In this document: positions 10,313-19,734 of the stretch, one piece after another
How positions within the stretch are numbered: position 1 is the stretch's first letter
Layout: each line of letters opens with the position of its first letter
Position numbers and translations under genes: made by a program
Notes under the pieces: generated by a model
Told to the model about the DNA's origin: nothing
The model's database searches: none
The model's input: only the letters and a program-made list of their open reading frames with translations
Assembly: GCA_965227515.1 (NCBI GenBank)
Contig: CBDDFZ010000002.1
Coordinates: 352,001-416,000 of the forward strand
DNA: 64,000 nt
Source: Alphaproteobacteria bacterium
GTDB lineage: Bacteria > Pseudomonadota > Alphaproteobacteria > CALKHQ01
Reading direction: 5' to 3'

Positions 10313-11434
10313 TCAGTCTTTGCTGGGAGTTGCATTGACCAGCGAATAGCTGGTGCTGCGCCCGCCTGCGTCGTCCTTCCTCAGGATTCCGCGCGCGATC
10401 AATGCATTGATGTCGCGCAGCGCCGTATCGGGCGAGCATTTCTCGATCTTCGCCCATTTTGATGTTGTCAGCTTGCCCGCGAAGCCGTCGAGAAGCCGGG
10501 TCAGCATGTCCCGCTGGCGGTCGTTCAGGTCTGCGGTGCCGTGGGTATCCCAGAACCGGGTCCGTTCCATGACCGCCGCCAATGCTTCCTGCGCGCTGTC
10601 AATCGCGCGCTCCAGGCAGGCCAGGAACCAGGCGAGCCATTCGGTGACGTCGAGGTCGCCCTTCTGCGTCGCTTCCAGGGTTTTGTAGTAGGCATCGCGC
10701 TCGCGCCGAATCTGCGCGGACATGCTGTAGTAGCGTTGCGGGCTGCCCTCGGAGCGCGCGAGCTGCATGTCCGCGATGGCCCGCGCAATGCGCCCGTTGC
10801 CGTCGTCAAAAGGATGGATGGTGACGAACCACAGATGGGCCAGCGCCGATTTCAGGACAGGGTCCAGGCTGGCCCCGTTATCGAACCATGCCAGGAAGCG
10901 GGCCATTTCGGTGTCGAGGCGGTCGGCGGCCGGCGCTTGGTAGTGGACCCGTTCCCGGCCGTAAGCGCCTGAGACGACCTGCATCGGCCCCCTGGCATCG
11001 TCGCGCCAGTTGCCGACGATGATCCGGGAGATGCCGCTCCAGCCGGTGGGAAAAAGCGATGCGTGCCAGCCGTGCAATCTGGCGGTGGTCAGTGGCCTGT
11101 CGAAGCGCTGTGTGGCATCGAGCATCATTTCGACGACGCCCTCGACATGCCTGTCGGCAGGTGCCAAGGCGCCGATATCGATGCCGAGACGACGCGCAAT
11201 GGAGGATCGCACCTGGTCGCGGTCCAGTACTTCACCTTCGATGTCGCTCGACTTGAGGACGTCTTCGGTCAGTGTGCGAAGTTTCGCTTCGTCGCGCAGG
11301 GGGAACCCAAGTCCGTCCATTCGCCCCAACAGTCGGCCCTGTTGATGACGGACGGCAGCCAATGGTTCCGCCAGGGCATCCATGTCCCAGCAGAAAGCCG
11401 GCCAATCCGGGCGCTCGTGGATGTAGGTGACCAT
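10313..11434 (-). CDS. Fic family protein (DUF4172 N-terminus, Fic domain, C-terminal winged helix)
   Basis: Canonical HPFDDGNGRIAR motif, N-terminal SSDIEG inhibitory-type motif, YIHE..DWP.F.W start, CS.DTALRDI..L...G.L.....GGRSTSY tail. Confidence 0.93.
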   Translation of the reverse strand: MVTYIHERPDWPAFCWDMDALAEPLAAVRHQQGRLLGRMDGLGFPLRDEAKLRTLTEDVLKSSDIEGEVLDRDQVRSSIARRLGIDIGALAPADRHVEGVVEMMLDATQRFDRPLTTARLHGWHASLFPTGWSGISRIIVGNWRDDARGPMQVVSGAYGRERVHYQAPAADRLDTEMARFLAWFDNGASLDPVLKSALAHLWFVTIHPFDDGNGRIARAIADMQLARSEGSPQRYYSMSAQIRRERDAYYKTLEATQKGDLDVTEWLAWFLACLERAIDSAQEALAAVMERTRFWDTHGTADLNDRQRDMLTRLLDGFAGKLTTSKWAKIEKCSPDTALRDINALIARGILRKDDAGGRSTSYSLVNATPSKD

Positions 11435-11435
11435 A

Positions 11436-11533
11436 TTCTCCGCATCCTTTGCGGTGATTATGGTCGCTATTCACCGCATGCGCCAGCCTAATCTCCGCAA
11501 CATATGCGGTGAATAGGGTCTCCAATCTCCGCA
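11436..11533. promoter_or_regulatory. Operator-like array: two CCGCA-N5-TGCGG palindromes plus two half-sites, 55-bp period
   Basis: CCGCA starts at 11440, 11474, 11495 and 11529; full palindromes TCTCCGCA-N5-TGCGGTGA at 11437-11457 and 11492-11512. Confidence 0.65.
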
Positions 11534-11561
11534 CGAGCCCTCACCCGGATAACCAAGGCGC

Positions 11562-11589
11562 ATATTCGTTTGCAAAATTACGCAAATAT
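11562..11589. promoter_or_regulatory. Candidate ArsR-family operator for the VOC-ArsR-SRPBCC operon
   Basis: AT-rich imperfect inverted repeat with TTTGC-N8-GCAAA core about 40 bp upstream of the VOC start. Confidence 0.4.
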
Positions 11590-11624
11590 TTTATTATCCG
11601 CACATCAAAATCAGGAGCGCTGCC

Positions 11625-12071
11625 ATGAAGCCAACCCCGCCCGACTGGCCCCGTATCTCGGCCGGCGTCTACTACAACGACCCTGCCGCCGCCATCGACT
11701 GGCTGTGCAAGGCGTTCGGCTTCGAGGTGCGGCTGAAGGTGGAGGGCGAGGGCGGGCGCATCGAGCATTCCGAACTGACCTATGGCGATGGGCTGGTCAT
11801 GGTCGGCCAGGCCGGCACGGCCGAGAAGGGCGGCCATACCGCCAGCCCCGCATCCCTCAATGGCTCGGTGACCCAGTCGCTCGCGATCTTCGTCGACGAT
11901 GCCGATGCCCATTGCGCGACCGCGCGGGCTGCCGGCGCCACCATCGCCTATGAGCCGACCACGACCGACTACGGCGCCGACTATTGGGCCGACCGCAGCT
12001 ATCGCGCGGTCGATCCGGAAGGGCACCATTGGTGGTTCATGCAGCGGGTCCGTGGGCCCGGTGCTGACTGA
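11625..12071 (+). CDS. VOC (glyoxalase/bleomycin-resistance, PhnB-like) protein
   Basis: Y.D..AAIDWL..AFGF, HSEL..G, V.D.DA....A.A.GA, DPEGH.W.F; AGGAG RBS. Confidence 0.9.
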   Translation: MKPTPPDWPRISAGVYYNDPAAAIDWLCKAFGFEVRLKVEGEGGRIEHSELTYGDGLVMVGQAGTAEKGGHTASPASLNGSVTQSLAIFVDDADAHCATARAAGATIAYEPTTTDYGADYWADRSYRAVDPEGHHWWFMQRVRGPGAD

Positions 12072-12079
12072 GCCGGCGG

Positions 12080-12415
12080 GTGGAGCGCACATTCTCCGCA
12101 TTGGGCGACCCGGCGCGGCTGGCCATGGTGGAGCTGCTCATCGGCGGCCCGCAGCGCTCCGGCGACATTGCCAGGGCGCTGGACCTCGCCCATCCTGCCG
12201 TCAGCCGGCACTTGAAGATCCTGCGCCAGGCCGGCCTGGTCGAGGAGGCACTGGCCGAGGACGACCGCCGCGCCCACGTCTACCGATTGCGCCGGCCGCA
12301 ATTCAGCGCCATGCGCGGCTGGCTGGACGAGGTTGAGGCGTTCTGGCGCGGGCAGCTCGATGCCTTCAAGGCATACGCCGAATCAGGCGAGGGCAGGGAG
12401 GACGGCGCACAATGA
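12080..12415 (+). CDS. ArsR/SmtB family transcriptional regulator
   Basis: F.ALGDP.RL....LL, P.VSRHLK.LR.AGLV helix-turn-helix, followed by an SRPBCC gene. Confidence 0.9.
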   Translation: MERTFSALGDPARLAMVELLIGGPQRSGDIARALDLAHPAVSRHLKILRQAGLVEEALAEDDRRAHVYRLRRPQFSAMRGWLDEVEAFWRGQLDAFKAYAESGEGREDGAQ

Positions 12416-12927
12416 CTCCACTGGGCGCCAGCCCTCCCGGAGACAAGGCGCGGGCCACGGTGCGGGTGGGCGTGCCGCCGGAGGCCGCGTTCCGCCTGTT
12501 CACCGACCATATCGACCGCTGGTGGCGGCGAGGTCCCAAGTTCCGCGTGTTCGGCCGCGGCACCGCGGTCATCCGGCTGGAGCCGGGCGTGGGCGGCCGC
12601 CTGATCGAGGCCTATGACAGCAATGATGGTGCGCGCACCTTCGTTGCTGGCGAAGTGACAGCCTGGCAGCCCCCAACGCGCCTCGCCTTCACCTGGCGCA
12701 CCTCCAATTTCGCCGCTGATGAGGCGACCTTGGTCGAGGTCGACTTCGCGCCGGCCGCCCAGGGTACGGCGACCCTGGTGACGGTGACCCATAGCGGTTG
12801 GAGCGGCATCCGGCCCGACCACCCGGTGCGGCATGGCAAACCGCCCGCCGACTTCATCGCCATGCGCGCCCGCTGGTGGGGCGAGCTGCTCACCGCGCTC
12901 AGGGTCTATGCGCTGTCCTTGCACTGA
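12412..12927 (+). CDS. SRPBCC/AHSA1 domain protein
   Basis: PE.AF..FT.....WW, EP..GGR, G.V..W.PP.RL.FTW, V.V.H.GW; ATGA overlap with arsR. Confidence 0.85.
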   Translation: MTPLGASPPGDKARATVRVGVPPEAAFRLFTDHIDRWWRRGPKFRVFGRGTAVIRLEPGVGGRLIEAYDSNDGARTFVAGEVTAWQPPTRLAFTWRTSNFAADEATLVEVDFAPAAQGTATLVTVTHSGWSGIRPDHPVRHGKPPADFIAMRARWWGELLTALRVYALSLH

Positions 12928-12989
12928 GTTGGGCCGCGCGCTGAGTTGCGCCGAACCTCCGGCGATTGGCGGTGCGAAACGCCCGTGCT

Positions 12990-14897
12990 ATGAGGGCGCA
13001 CCGCAAACAACCAAGCGACATCGAACCCGTGGGCAAACGGTCAGCCGGCAAGGTCAAACTGGACGAATCGACCCGACGTCTCGTCGGCCGCCTGTGGCGC
13101 GACTGGATGCGCCAGTACTGGCGCCAGATCGTGCTCGGCATGACGATGATGGTGGTGCTGGCGCTGGCGTCGGGCGGCTATCCGCTGCTGATCAACGAGG
13201 CGATCGAGGCGATGACCGCCTTCGAGGCCGGCGACGCGCTGAGCGAGGCCGAACAGGCCGCCAACGAGCGCCTGCTCTACCTCATCCCCATCGGCGTGCT
13301 GGTGCTGACCGTGATCAAGGGCATGTCGACCTATGCCCAGTCGGTGCTGGTGCAGGGCGTGGCGTTCCGGGTGATCAAGGACTTCCAGCGCGCGCTGTTT
13401 CGCCACCTGCTGCGCGCCGACCTCGCCACCTACCAGTCGACCGAGACCGGCAAGCTGATCTCCCGCTTCAACGTCGACGTGTTCATGATGCGCGACGGCC
13501 TGTCGAAGGCGATGACCGGGCTGGTGCGCGACACGCTGATGCTGGTGGTGATGATCGGTGCCATGTTCTACCTGAACTGGATGCTGGCGGCCGGCGTGTT
13601 CATCATCTTCCCGCTCAGCGCCATTCCCATCGTCAAGCTGGGGCGCCGGCTGCGCCGGGTCTCGCGCAGCACCCAGGCCGAAATCGGCGAGATGACCCAT
13701 CTGTTGGACGAGAGTTTCAGCGGCGCGCGGGTGGTGAAGGCTTATCGCCTGGAAGACCGGATGGCGGAGCGCGCCGACCAGTCGTTCGAGACCGTCCGCT
13801 CGCTGTCGATGAAGGGTGTCAGGGCGCGCGCCCGCACCTATCCGGTGCTGGAAATCCTGGGCGGCATCGCCATCGCGGTGGTGTTCGCCATCGGCGGGTT
13901 CATGATCCTGGCCGGCTACGGCACCCTGGGCGAGTTCGCCGGCTTCGTGACCGCGCTGTTCATGGCCTACCAGCCGGCGACGGGGCTCGGCAGCCTGAAC
14001 GCCAGCCTGCAGGAATCGCTCGCCGCCGTGCACCGGGTGTTCGGCGTGCTCGACACCAAGCCGCAAATCCTCGACGCGCCCGATGCCAAGCCGCTCGCCG
14101 TGAAGGCCGGCGAGATCAGGTTCGACGGCGTCTCCTTTGGCTATGGCGACAACATCCCGGCGCTGAAGGGGCTGAACCTGGTTGCCGAGGCCGGCAAGAC
14201 AACCGCCATCGTCGGCCCGTCGGGCGCCGGCAAGTCCACCGCGCTCAATCTGGTGCCGCGCTTCTATGACGCGCAGCAGGGCACCATCCTCTATGACGGG
14301 CAGGACGTGCGCGCGGTCACCCTCGACAGCCTGCGCGACGCCACCGCCCTGGTCAGCCAGGACGTGGTGCTGTTCAACGACACGGTGCGCGCCAACATCG
14401 CCTTCGGTGCCAGCGGCCGCGATGCGCCGCCGGACGACCCCGCGATCCAGGAGGCGGCGAAGGCCGCCGCCGCCCACGATTTCATCATGGCGCTGCCGGA
14501 CGGCTACGACACCGTGGTCGGTGAGCGCGGCGGGCGGCTGAGCGGCGGCGAGCGCCAGCGGATCGCGATTGCGCGGGCGATGCTGAAGAACGCGCCGGTC
14601 CTGTTGCTCGACGAGGCCACGGCATCGCTGGACGCGGAGTCCGAGCGCCAGGTGCAAACCGCACTCGCCCGGCTGATGGAGGGTCGCACCACCATCGTCA
14701 TCGCCCACCGTTTGGCGACCGTGCGCGACGCCGACCGCATCTATGTGCTGGATGGCGGCGCGGTGGCGGAGGAGGGCACCCACGCGGAACTGTTTGCCGC
14801 CGGCGGTCTTTACGCGCGGCTGTGCCGCATCCAGTTCCGCGACGACGGCTCCGCGCCGCTGGCCGTGGAGGCGGGGACAGCCGCAGGTACCGCCTGA
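12990..14897 (+). CDS. msbA: MsbA-like ABC exporter (permease plus ATPase), probable lipid A flippase
   Basis: Transmembrane domain, Walker [34 protein letters not shown]; heads the lipid A cluster; start uncertain. Confidence 0.8.
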   Translation: MRAHRKQPSDIEPVGKRSAGKVKLDESTRRLVGRLWRDWMRQYWRQIVLGMTMMVVLALASGGYPLLINEAIEAMTAFEAGDALSEAEQAANERLLYLIPIGVLVLTVIKGMSTYAQSVLVQGVAFRVIKDFQRALFRHLLRADLATYQSTETGKLISRFNVDVFMMRDGLSKAMTGLVRDTLMLVVMIGAMFYLNWMLAAGVFIIFPLSAIPIVKLGRRLRRVSRSTQAEIGEMTHLLDESFSGARVVKAYRLEDRMAERADQSFETVRSLSMKGVRARARTYPVLEILGGIAIAVVFAIGGFMILAGYGTLGEFAGFVTALFMAYQPATGLGSLNASLQESLAAVHRVFGVLDTKPQILDAPDAKPLAVKAGEIRFDGVSFGYGDNIPALKGLNLVAEAGKTTAIVGPSGAGKSTALNLVPRFYDAQQGTILYDGQDVRAVTLDSLRDATALVSQDVVLFNDTVRANIAFGASGRDAPPDDPAIQEAAKAAAAHDFIMALPDGYDTVVGERGGRLSGGERQRIAIARAMLKNAPVLLLDEATASLDAESERQVQTALARLMEGRTTIVIAHRLATVRDADRIYVLDGGAVAEEGTHAELFAAGGLYARLCRIQFRDDGSAPLAVEAGTAAGTA

Positions 14898-14898
14898 G

Positions 14899-15624
14899 AT
14901 GCGCCGCATCCTGCGCTCGGCCGCGGTGCAGGCGGTGGCGGCATGGGTGTTGGCGACGTACATCCGCCTGGTCTGCTGGACCACACGATGGGACGACCGG
15001 CGCATGGACGTCGCGCGCGCCGGGCCGCACAAGGGCAAGCCCCTGATCGTGGTGTTCTGGCACGGGCGCATGTTCTGCATGCCGATGGTGACCGACAAGA
15101 AACGGCGGGTCCATGTGCTGATCTCGCACCACCGCGACGGACGGCTGATCTCGCGCACCATCCGCCACTTGCATTTGCTGACCGTCGCCGGCTCGTCGTC
15201 GCGCGGCTCGCTGGGCGCGGTGCGGGCGCTGCGCGATTGCCTGGAGGCGAACGAGGTGGTGGCGATCACGCCGGATGGGCCGCGCGGGCCGCGCATGCGC
15301 GCCCAGAAGGGTGCGGTGGCCCTGGCCAGTGCGACGGGCGCGCCGATCCTGCCGTTCTCGTTCTCGGTCGCGCGCGGCCGCAATGCCAAGAGCTGGGACC
15401 GTTTCCTGCTGCCGAGGATGTTCGGGCGCGGCGTCATCATCGGCGGGCCGTTGATCGAGGTGCCGCCCGATGCCGACGACGCACAACTCGAAGCCTCCCG
15501 TCTGGAGGTCGAGGAAGCGCTGAACCGGCTGACCCGCGAGGCCGATCTGGCCTGCGGGCGCGAGCCGGTGGAGCCAGAAGACCCGTCGGTCAACCGCCAC
15601 GCCAAGCGGCGTGCCAAGGCCTAG
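14899..15624 (+). CDS. DUF374 lysophospholipid acyltransferase-family protein
   Basis: FWHGR, LIS.HRDG, GSS.RG, ITPDGPRGP, SWDRF.LP; upstream of waaA. Confidence 0.9.
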   Translation: MRRILRSAAVQAVAAWVLATYIRLVCWTTRWDDRRMDVARAGPHKGKPLIVVFWHGRMFCMPMVTDKKRRVHVLISHHRDGRLISRTIRHLHLLTVAGSSSRGSLGAVRALRDCLEANEVVAITPDGPRGPRMRAQKGAVALASATGAPILPFSFSVARGRNAKSWDRFLLPRMFGRGVIIGGPLIEVPPDADDAQLEASRLEVEEALNRLTREADLACGREPVEPEDPSVNRHAKRRAKA

Positions 15625-15639
15625 CGGGCGGGCGCCGTC

Positions 15640-16920
15640 ATGTCCCTCGTCCTGGGTCTCTACCGCACCGGCATGACCGTCGGCCTGCCGCTGATCGACC
15701 GCATCCTGAGGCGGCGGATCGGGCGCGACCGCGAGGACCCGGCGCGGATCGACGAGCGGCGCGGCGTTGCCGGATTGGCCCGGCCCAGCGGCCCGCTGAT
15801 GTGGCTGCACGCCGCCAGCGTCGGTGAGTCGATGAGCGCGCAGACCCTGATCGCCCGCCTGCTGGAAGCCGACCGCACCGCCCATGTGCTAGTCACCACC
15901 GGCACCGTCACCTCCGCGCGCATGATGGTGGAGCGCCTGCCGCCGCGCGCCTTCCATCAGTTCGTGCCGGTCGACCGGCCCGCCTGGGTGAAGCGGTTCC
16001 TGGACCATTGGCGGCCCGACCTCGCCTGTTGGCTGGAATCGGAGCTCTGGCCGAACCTGGTGCTGGAGACCCACCTGCGCGGCGTGCCGATGTGCCTGCT
16101 GAATGCGCGGATGTCGGCGAAGAGCCACGCCAACTGGTCGCGCCAGCGCGCCGCCGCCCGCAAGCTGCTCGGTGCGTTCGATCTTTGCTTGGCGCAGGAC
16201 GATGCCGCCGCCGCGCTGTTTCGTGACCTTGGCGCGCGGGAGGTGCGCAGCGCCGGCAACCTCAAGCTCGGCGCGGCGCCCCTGCCGGTGGACGAGGCGG
16301 CATTGGCCGAGATGCGCGCAAGCGTGGGCGACCGGCCGGTCTGGCTGGCGGCCAGCACCCATGAGGGCGAGGAGGCCATCGCGGCCGAGGTTGCGGAGCG
16401 TTTGCGCGCCCGCTGGCCCGACCTGCTCACCATCGTGGCGCCCCGTCATCCGGCGCGCGGCGCGGAGATCGCCGCGATGTTGCGCGCGCGCGGGCTGGAG
16501 GTCGCCCGGCGCGGCGCGGACGAGGCCCTGACACCGTCGACCGCCGTCTACCTCGCCGACACCATGGGCGAGATGGGGCTGTGGTACCGGCTGGCGCCGA
16601 TCGCCTTCGTGGGCGCCTCGCTGGTGCCGAAGAACGGGCACAACCCGTTCGAGGCCGCCCAGCTCGCCTGCGCGATCCTGTTCGGCCCGCACATGACCGG
16701 CTCGCCAGATTCGGCCCGGCTGTTGCTGGAGGGTGGCGCGGCGCAACAGGTCAGCGACGCCGGTGCGCTGACGACGGAGGTGGAGGCATTGCTGGCCGAC
16801 CCCGACGCCTGTCGTGCCCGGGCCGAGGCGGGGTTGGCGGTGGTGGCGGCGCATCGCGACGTCATCGACCGCACGCTGGCCGCGATCCGCCCGTATCTCG
16901 ACCGGCGCGACCCGGCCTGA
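15640..16920 (+). CDS. waaA: 3-deoxy-D-manno-octulosonic acid (Kdo) transferase
   Basis: WLHAASVGE, ESELWPN, NARMS, GNLK, AASTHEGEE, PRHPAR, DTMGEMG, GHNPFE. Confidence 0.95.
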   Translation: MSLVLGLYRTGMTVGLPLIDRILRRRIGRDREDPARIDERRGVAGLARPSGPLMWLHAASVGESMSAQTLIARLLEADRTAHVLVTTGTVTSARMMVERLPPRAFHQFVPVDRPAWVKRFLDHWRPDLACWLESELWPNLVLETHLRGVPMCLLNARMSAKSHANWSRQRAAARKLLGAFDLCLAQDDAAAALFRDLGAREVRSAGNLKLGAAPLPVDEAALAEMRASVGDRPVWLAASTHEGEEAIAAEVAERLRARWPDLLTIVAPRHPARGAEIAAMLRARGLEVARRGADEALTPSTAVYLADTMGEMGLWYRLAPIAFVGASLVPKNGHNPFEAAQLACAILFGPHMTGSPDSARLLLEGGAAQQVSDAGALTTEVEALLADPDACRARAEAGLAVVAAHRDVIDRTLAAIRPYLDRRDPA

Positions 16921-16922
16921 CC

Positions 16923-17915
16923 ATGCGCACGCCCGCACATTGGGCCCATGACGGTTGGCGCGCGCGCCTGCTCACACCTTTGTCGTGGCTGTGGCGGGCC
17001 GGTGCCGCCCTGCGCCGGCTACGCGCCAAGCCCTGGACCGCGCCGGTGCCCGTGATCTGCATCGGCAACCTCAGCGCCGGCGGGGCCGGCAAGACGCCGA
17101 CCGCGATCGCGGTGGCGGAGCTGTGCCGCGACCTGGGTCGCGCGCCGCACTTCCTCAGCCGGGGCCATGGCGGGCGGCTGGCGGGGCCGGCGCGGGTGGA
17201 CCCGTCACGCCACACCGCCGCCGATGTCGGCGACGAGCCCCTGCTCCTGGCGGCCCTCGCCCCGACCTGGATCGCCCGCGACCGCGCCGCCGGGGCACGG
17301 GCAGCCGTTGCCGCCGGGGCCGAGGTCATCGTGATGGACGATGGGTTCCAGAACCCGAGCCTGGCGAAGGACCTGTCGCTGGTGGTGGTCGACGGCGCCG
17401 TGGGCTTCGGCAATGGCCGCATGATCCCGGCCGGTCCGTTGCGCGAGCCGATCGCCGGCGGCCTGGCACGCGCCGACGCCCTGGTGATCGTCGGTGACGA
17501 CGCGGCCGGCACGGCAAGCCTGGCCGGCGCGGTTCGCCCGGACCTGCCAGTGTGGCGGGCGCGGCTGGAGCCGGCGCCCACCGCCCTGGCGCTGGCCGGC
17601 AGCGCCGTGGTCGCATTTGCCGGTATCGGCCGTCCTGCCAAGTTCTTCGATATGCTAAAGGAGGTGGGGGCGCGCCTGGTGACGACTCACGCGTTCCCAG
17701 ACCACCACAACTATCGGACCGACCAGATCATGAAGCTATGCGAGCTTGCCGATGCCGCCGGGGCACGGCCGGTGACCACGTTCAAGGACTATGTGCGCCT
17801 GTCCGGGGAGGCACGCGCCATGGTGACCCCGGTGGGCGTCGCCCTGACCTTCGCCGCACCCGACGCGGTGCTCCGCAAACTGACCCAGGCGCTTGGCGAT
17901 GGCAGCGGTCGATAG
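16923..17915 (+). CDS. lpxK: Tetraacyldisaccharide 4'-kinase
   Basis: PVICIGNL.AGGAGKTP, SRG.GG, GDEP, MDDGFQ, P.GPLRE, FAGIG.P.KF, FPDHH. Confidence 0.95.
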   Translation: MRTPAHWAHDGWRARLLTPLSWLWRAGAALRRLRAKPWTAPVPVICIGNLSAGGAGKTPTAIAVAELCRDLGRAPHFLSRGHGGRLAGPARVDPSRHTAADVGDEPLLLAALAPTWIARDRAAGARAAVAAGAEVIVMDDGFQNPSLAKDLSLVVVDGAVGFGNGRMIPAGPLREPIAGGLARADALVIVGDDAAGTASLAGAVRPDLPVWRARLEPAPTALALAGSAVVAFAGIGRPAKFFDMLKEVGARLVTTHAFPDHHNYRTDQIMKLCELADAAGARPVTTFKDYVRLSGEARAMVTPVGVALTFAAPDAVLRKLTQALGDGSGR

Positions 17916-18828
17916 CGGGCGGTCCTGGTTCCGCCGCAACGTGGCGGACCGGCTGGAAGGCGGCGCCACCGCCGTCCTGATCTTCCTGATGCGCCTGCTG
18001 CCGTTGCGCGCGGCTTCCGCGTTCGGCGGCTGGGCGGCGCGCATGATCGGCCTGCGCATGGGCGTCAACAAGCGCGCGGTGCGCAATCTGAAGCTCGCGA
18101 TGCCCGATCTCAGCGACGCCGAGGTTAAGGCGATCACCCGCGAGATGTGGGACAATGTCGGCCGCACCGCTGCCGAGCTGACCCAGCTCCGCCGCTTCAT
18201 GCCGGCCAACGACTCGCCCTATCTGACGCTGGAGGGCGACCAGAGGGTGCGCGACTCCATCGCCGCCGGCCGGCCCATCGCTTTCGCCACGGCGCACTAT
18301 TGCAACTGGGAAGTACTGGGCCTGCTTGGCACCGCCGAAGGCATCGCGTTGACCCGCGTCTACCGCCCGTCCAACAACACCATCGTCGACCGCATGATCA
18401 ACGACATGCGCAGCCCCATCGAGGGCCCGCTGGTCGCCAAGGGCCAGGCCGGCATGCGCAAGCTGATCGTCGCCGCCCGCAAGGGCACGCCCATCGGCAT
18501 CATGTACGACCAGAAGCTGAACGAGGGCATTTCGGCACCGCTGTTCGGCCTGCCGGCGATGACGACGCCATTGCCGGCGCAACTCGCCGTGCGCTTCGGC
18601 TATGACGTCTATCCGCTGCGCACCGTGCGCACCAAGGGTTGCCACATGCGGGTGATCATCGAGCCGCCGCTGACTGTGCCCGAGGACGGCAGCGACGACG
18701 ACAAGGTGGCGGCCGTCACCGCCAATCTGAACGGGATCCTGGAAGCGTGGATCCGCGACCGGCCCGGCCTGTGGTTCTGGCTGCACAACCGCTGGGGCAA
18801 GTGGCGCGGCGGCGAACTGGTGCGTTAG
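17899..18828 (+). CDS. Lipid A late acyltransferase (HtrB/LpxL family)
   Basis: TAHYCNWE (HX4E), YRP.NN, DQK, FG..A.T, I..RP..WFWLH.RW. Confidence 0.9.
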   Translation: MAAVDSGRSWFRRNVADRLEGGATAVLIFLMRLLPLRAASAFGGWAARMIGLRMGVNKRAVRNLKLAMPDLSDAEVKAITREMWDNVGRTAAELTQLRRFMPANDSPYLTLEGDQRVRDSIAAGRPIAFATAHYCNWEVLGLLGTAEGIALTRVYRPSNNTIVDRMINDMRSPIEGPLVAKGQAGMRKLIVAARKGTPIGIMYDQKLNEGISAPLFGLPAMTTPLPAQLAVRFGYDVYPLRTVRTKGCHMRVIIEPPLTVPEDGSDDDKVAAVTANLNGILEAWIRDRPGLWFWLHNRWGKWRGGELVR

Positions 18829-18871
18829 CGGCGGCGTCCCTTCCAAGCCTACCGTCATCAATAAACAAGAT

Positions 18872-18902
18872 CGTCATCCTCGGGCTTGTCCCGAGGACGA
18901 CA
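18872..18902 (+). repeat. CGTC-type REP-like palindrome (single)
   Basis: CGTCATCCTCGGGCTTGTCCCGAGGA, identical to the copy at 60956 and to the reverse complement of the copy ending at 19670. Confidence 0.85.
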
Positions 18903-18934
18903 ATGTGGGGATTGAGGGGACGGGCAAGCCCCGC

Positions 18935-18975
18935 AACGAAACAACCCTCCCCCGCGGAGGTTGCGGGGGAGGGTT
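18935..18975 (-). terminator. Probable intrinsic terminator for the 19030-19365 gene
   Basis: 13-bp stem AACCCTCCCCCGC/GCGGGGGAGGGTT followed on the minus strand by GTTTCGTT. Confidence 0.65.
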
Positions 18976-19029
18976 CGAGGCCGGGCGGTTGCGGCGTGGG
19001 TGCCCGGCCAAGCTGGGTCCATCGACCGA

Positions 19030-19365
19030 TTACTCGACGACGATGGAGTCGTACTGGCAGAGGTCGATGCCGTAGCTGTCCTGCTGGTAGCCGTCTTCCC
19101 AGATCACCAGCATGTCGTACATGCAGTGATCGCCGTAGGAGTTCAGCTCCACCTGCATGGTGCCGCCGGTGGGCAGGATCGCCTCGGCGAGCAGGTCGTT
19201 GCCCCAGTTGTCGGAAAAGTCCGGCGAGACATAGACGTAGTAGATGTCCATGCCGCTGGCGTTCTCGACCTCGAAATAGGTGCCGGCCTGCGCGGCGGCT
19301 GCGGTGGCGAGCATGCCGCTGGCGGCGATGGCTGCGATGGCGGTGTTGCGGATCTGCTTGAACAT
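19030..19365 (-). CDS. Small secreted hypothetical protein
   Basis: Signal peptide (AQA), F.V.N.SG..I.Y.YVSP.....WG.DLL...IL..G...C.YD......DG........D.C pattern; acidic, two Cys. Confidence 0.8.
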   Translation of the reverse strand: MFKQIRNTAIAAIAASGMLATAAAAQAGTYFEVENASGMDIYYVYVSPDFSDNWGNDLLAEAILPTGGTMQVELNSYGDHCMYDMLVIWEDGYQQDSYGIDLCQYDSIVVE

Positions 19366-19492
19366 TGTGTGGTTCCCGTTTCTCCAGTGGCGAGGATCGT
19401 TGCGTCCTGCCGATGAGGAGAATTTGGGAGGCCACGAGGGGCCGGGATGTGAAGCAGATCACCGGGGCGATTGATTGCCTGGAAACCTGTCC

Positions 19493-19670
19493 TGATGCCC
19501 TCGGCCTTGTGCCGAGGGCCCATTGAAGTGCAGGGCGGTCTGTGTCGAACCCCCCGCTCGTCAGTGATGCATTTGTAGTTATGGGCGGCCGCCACGGGCT
19601 GCTCACGGGCGCCCTAACCGATTGGCGTACTGGACATGAATGGATCCTCGGGACAAGCCCGAGGATGACG
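19493..19670 (-). repeat. 178-bp REP doublet (REPIN/MITE-like)
   Basis: Inverted CGTC-type palindromes at both ends; internal sequence shared with 58132-58309; a further single palindrome at about 19696-19724. Confidence 0.8.
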
Positions 19671-19734
19671 ATGGGGTTGGGGCGGACCGGCACAATGGGC
19701 CCTCGCACAAGGCCGAGGGCGTCAAATCGGTGAA

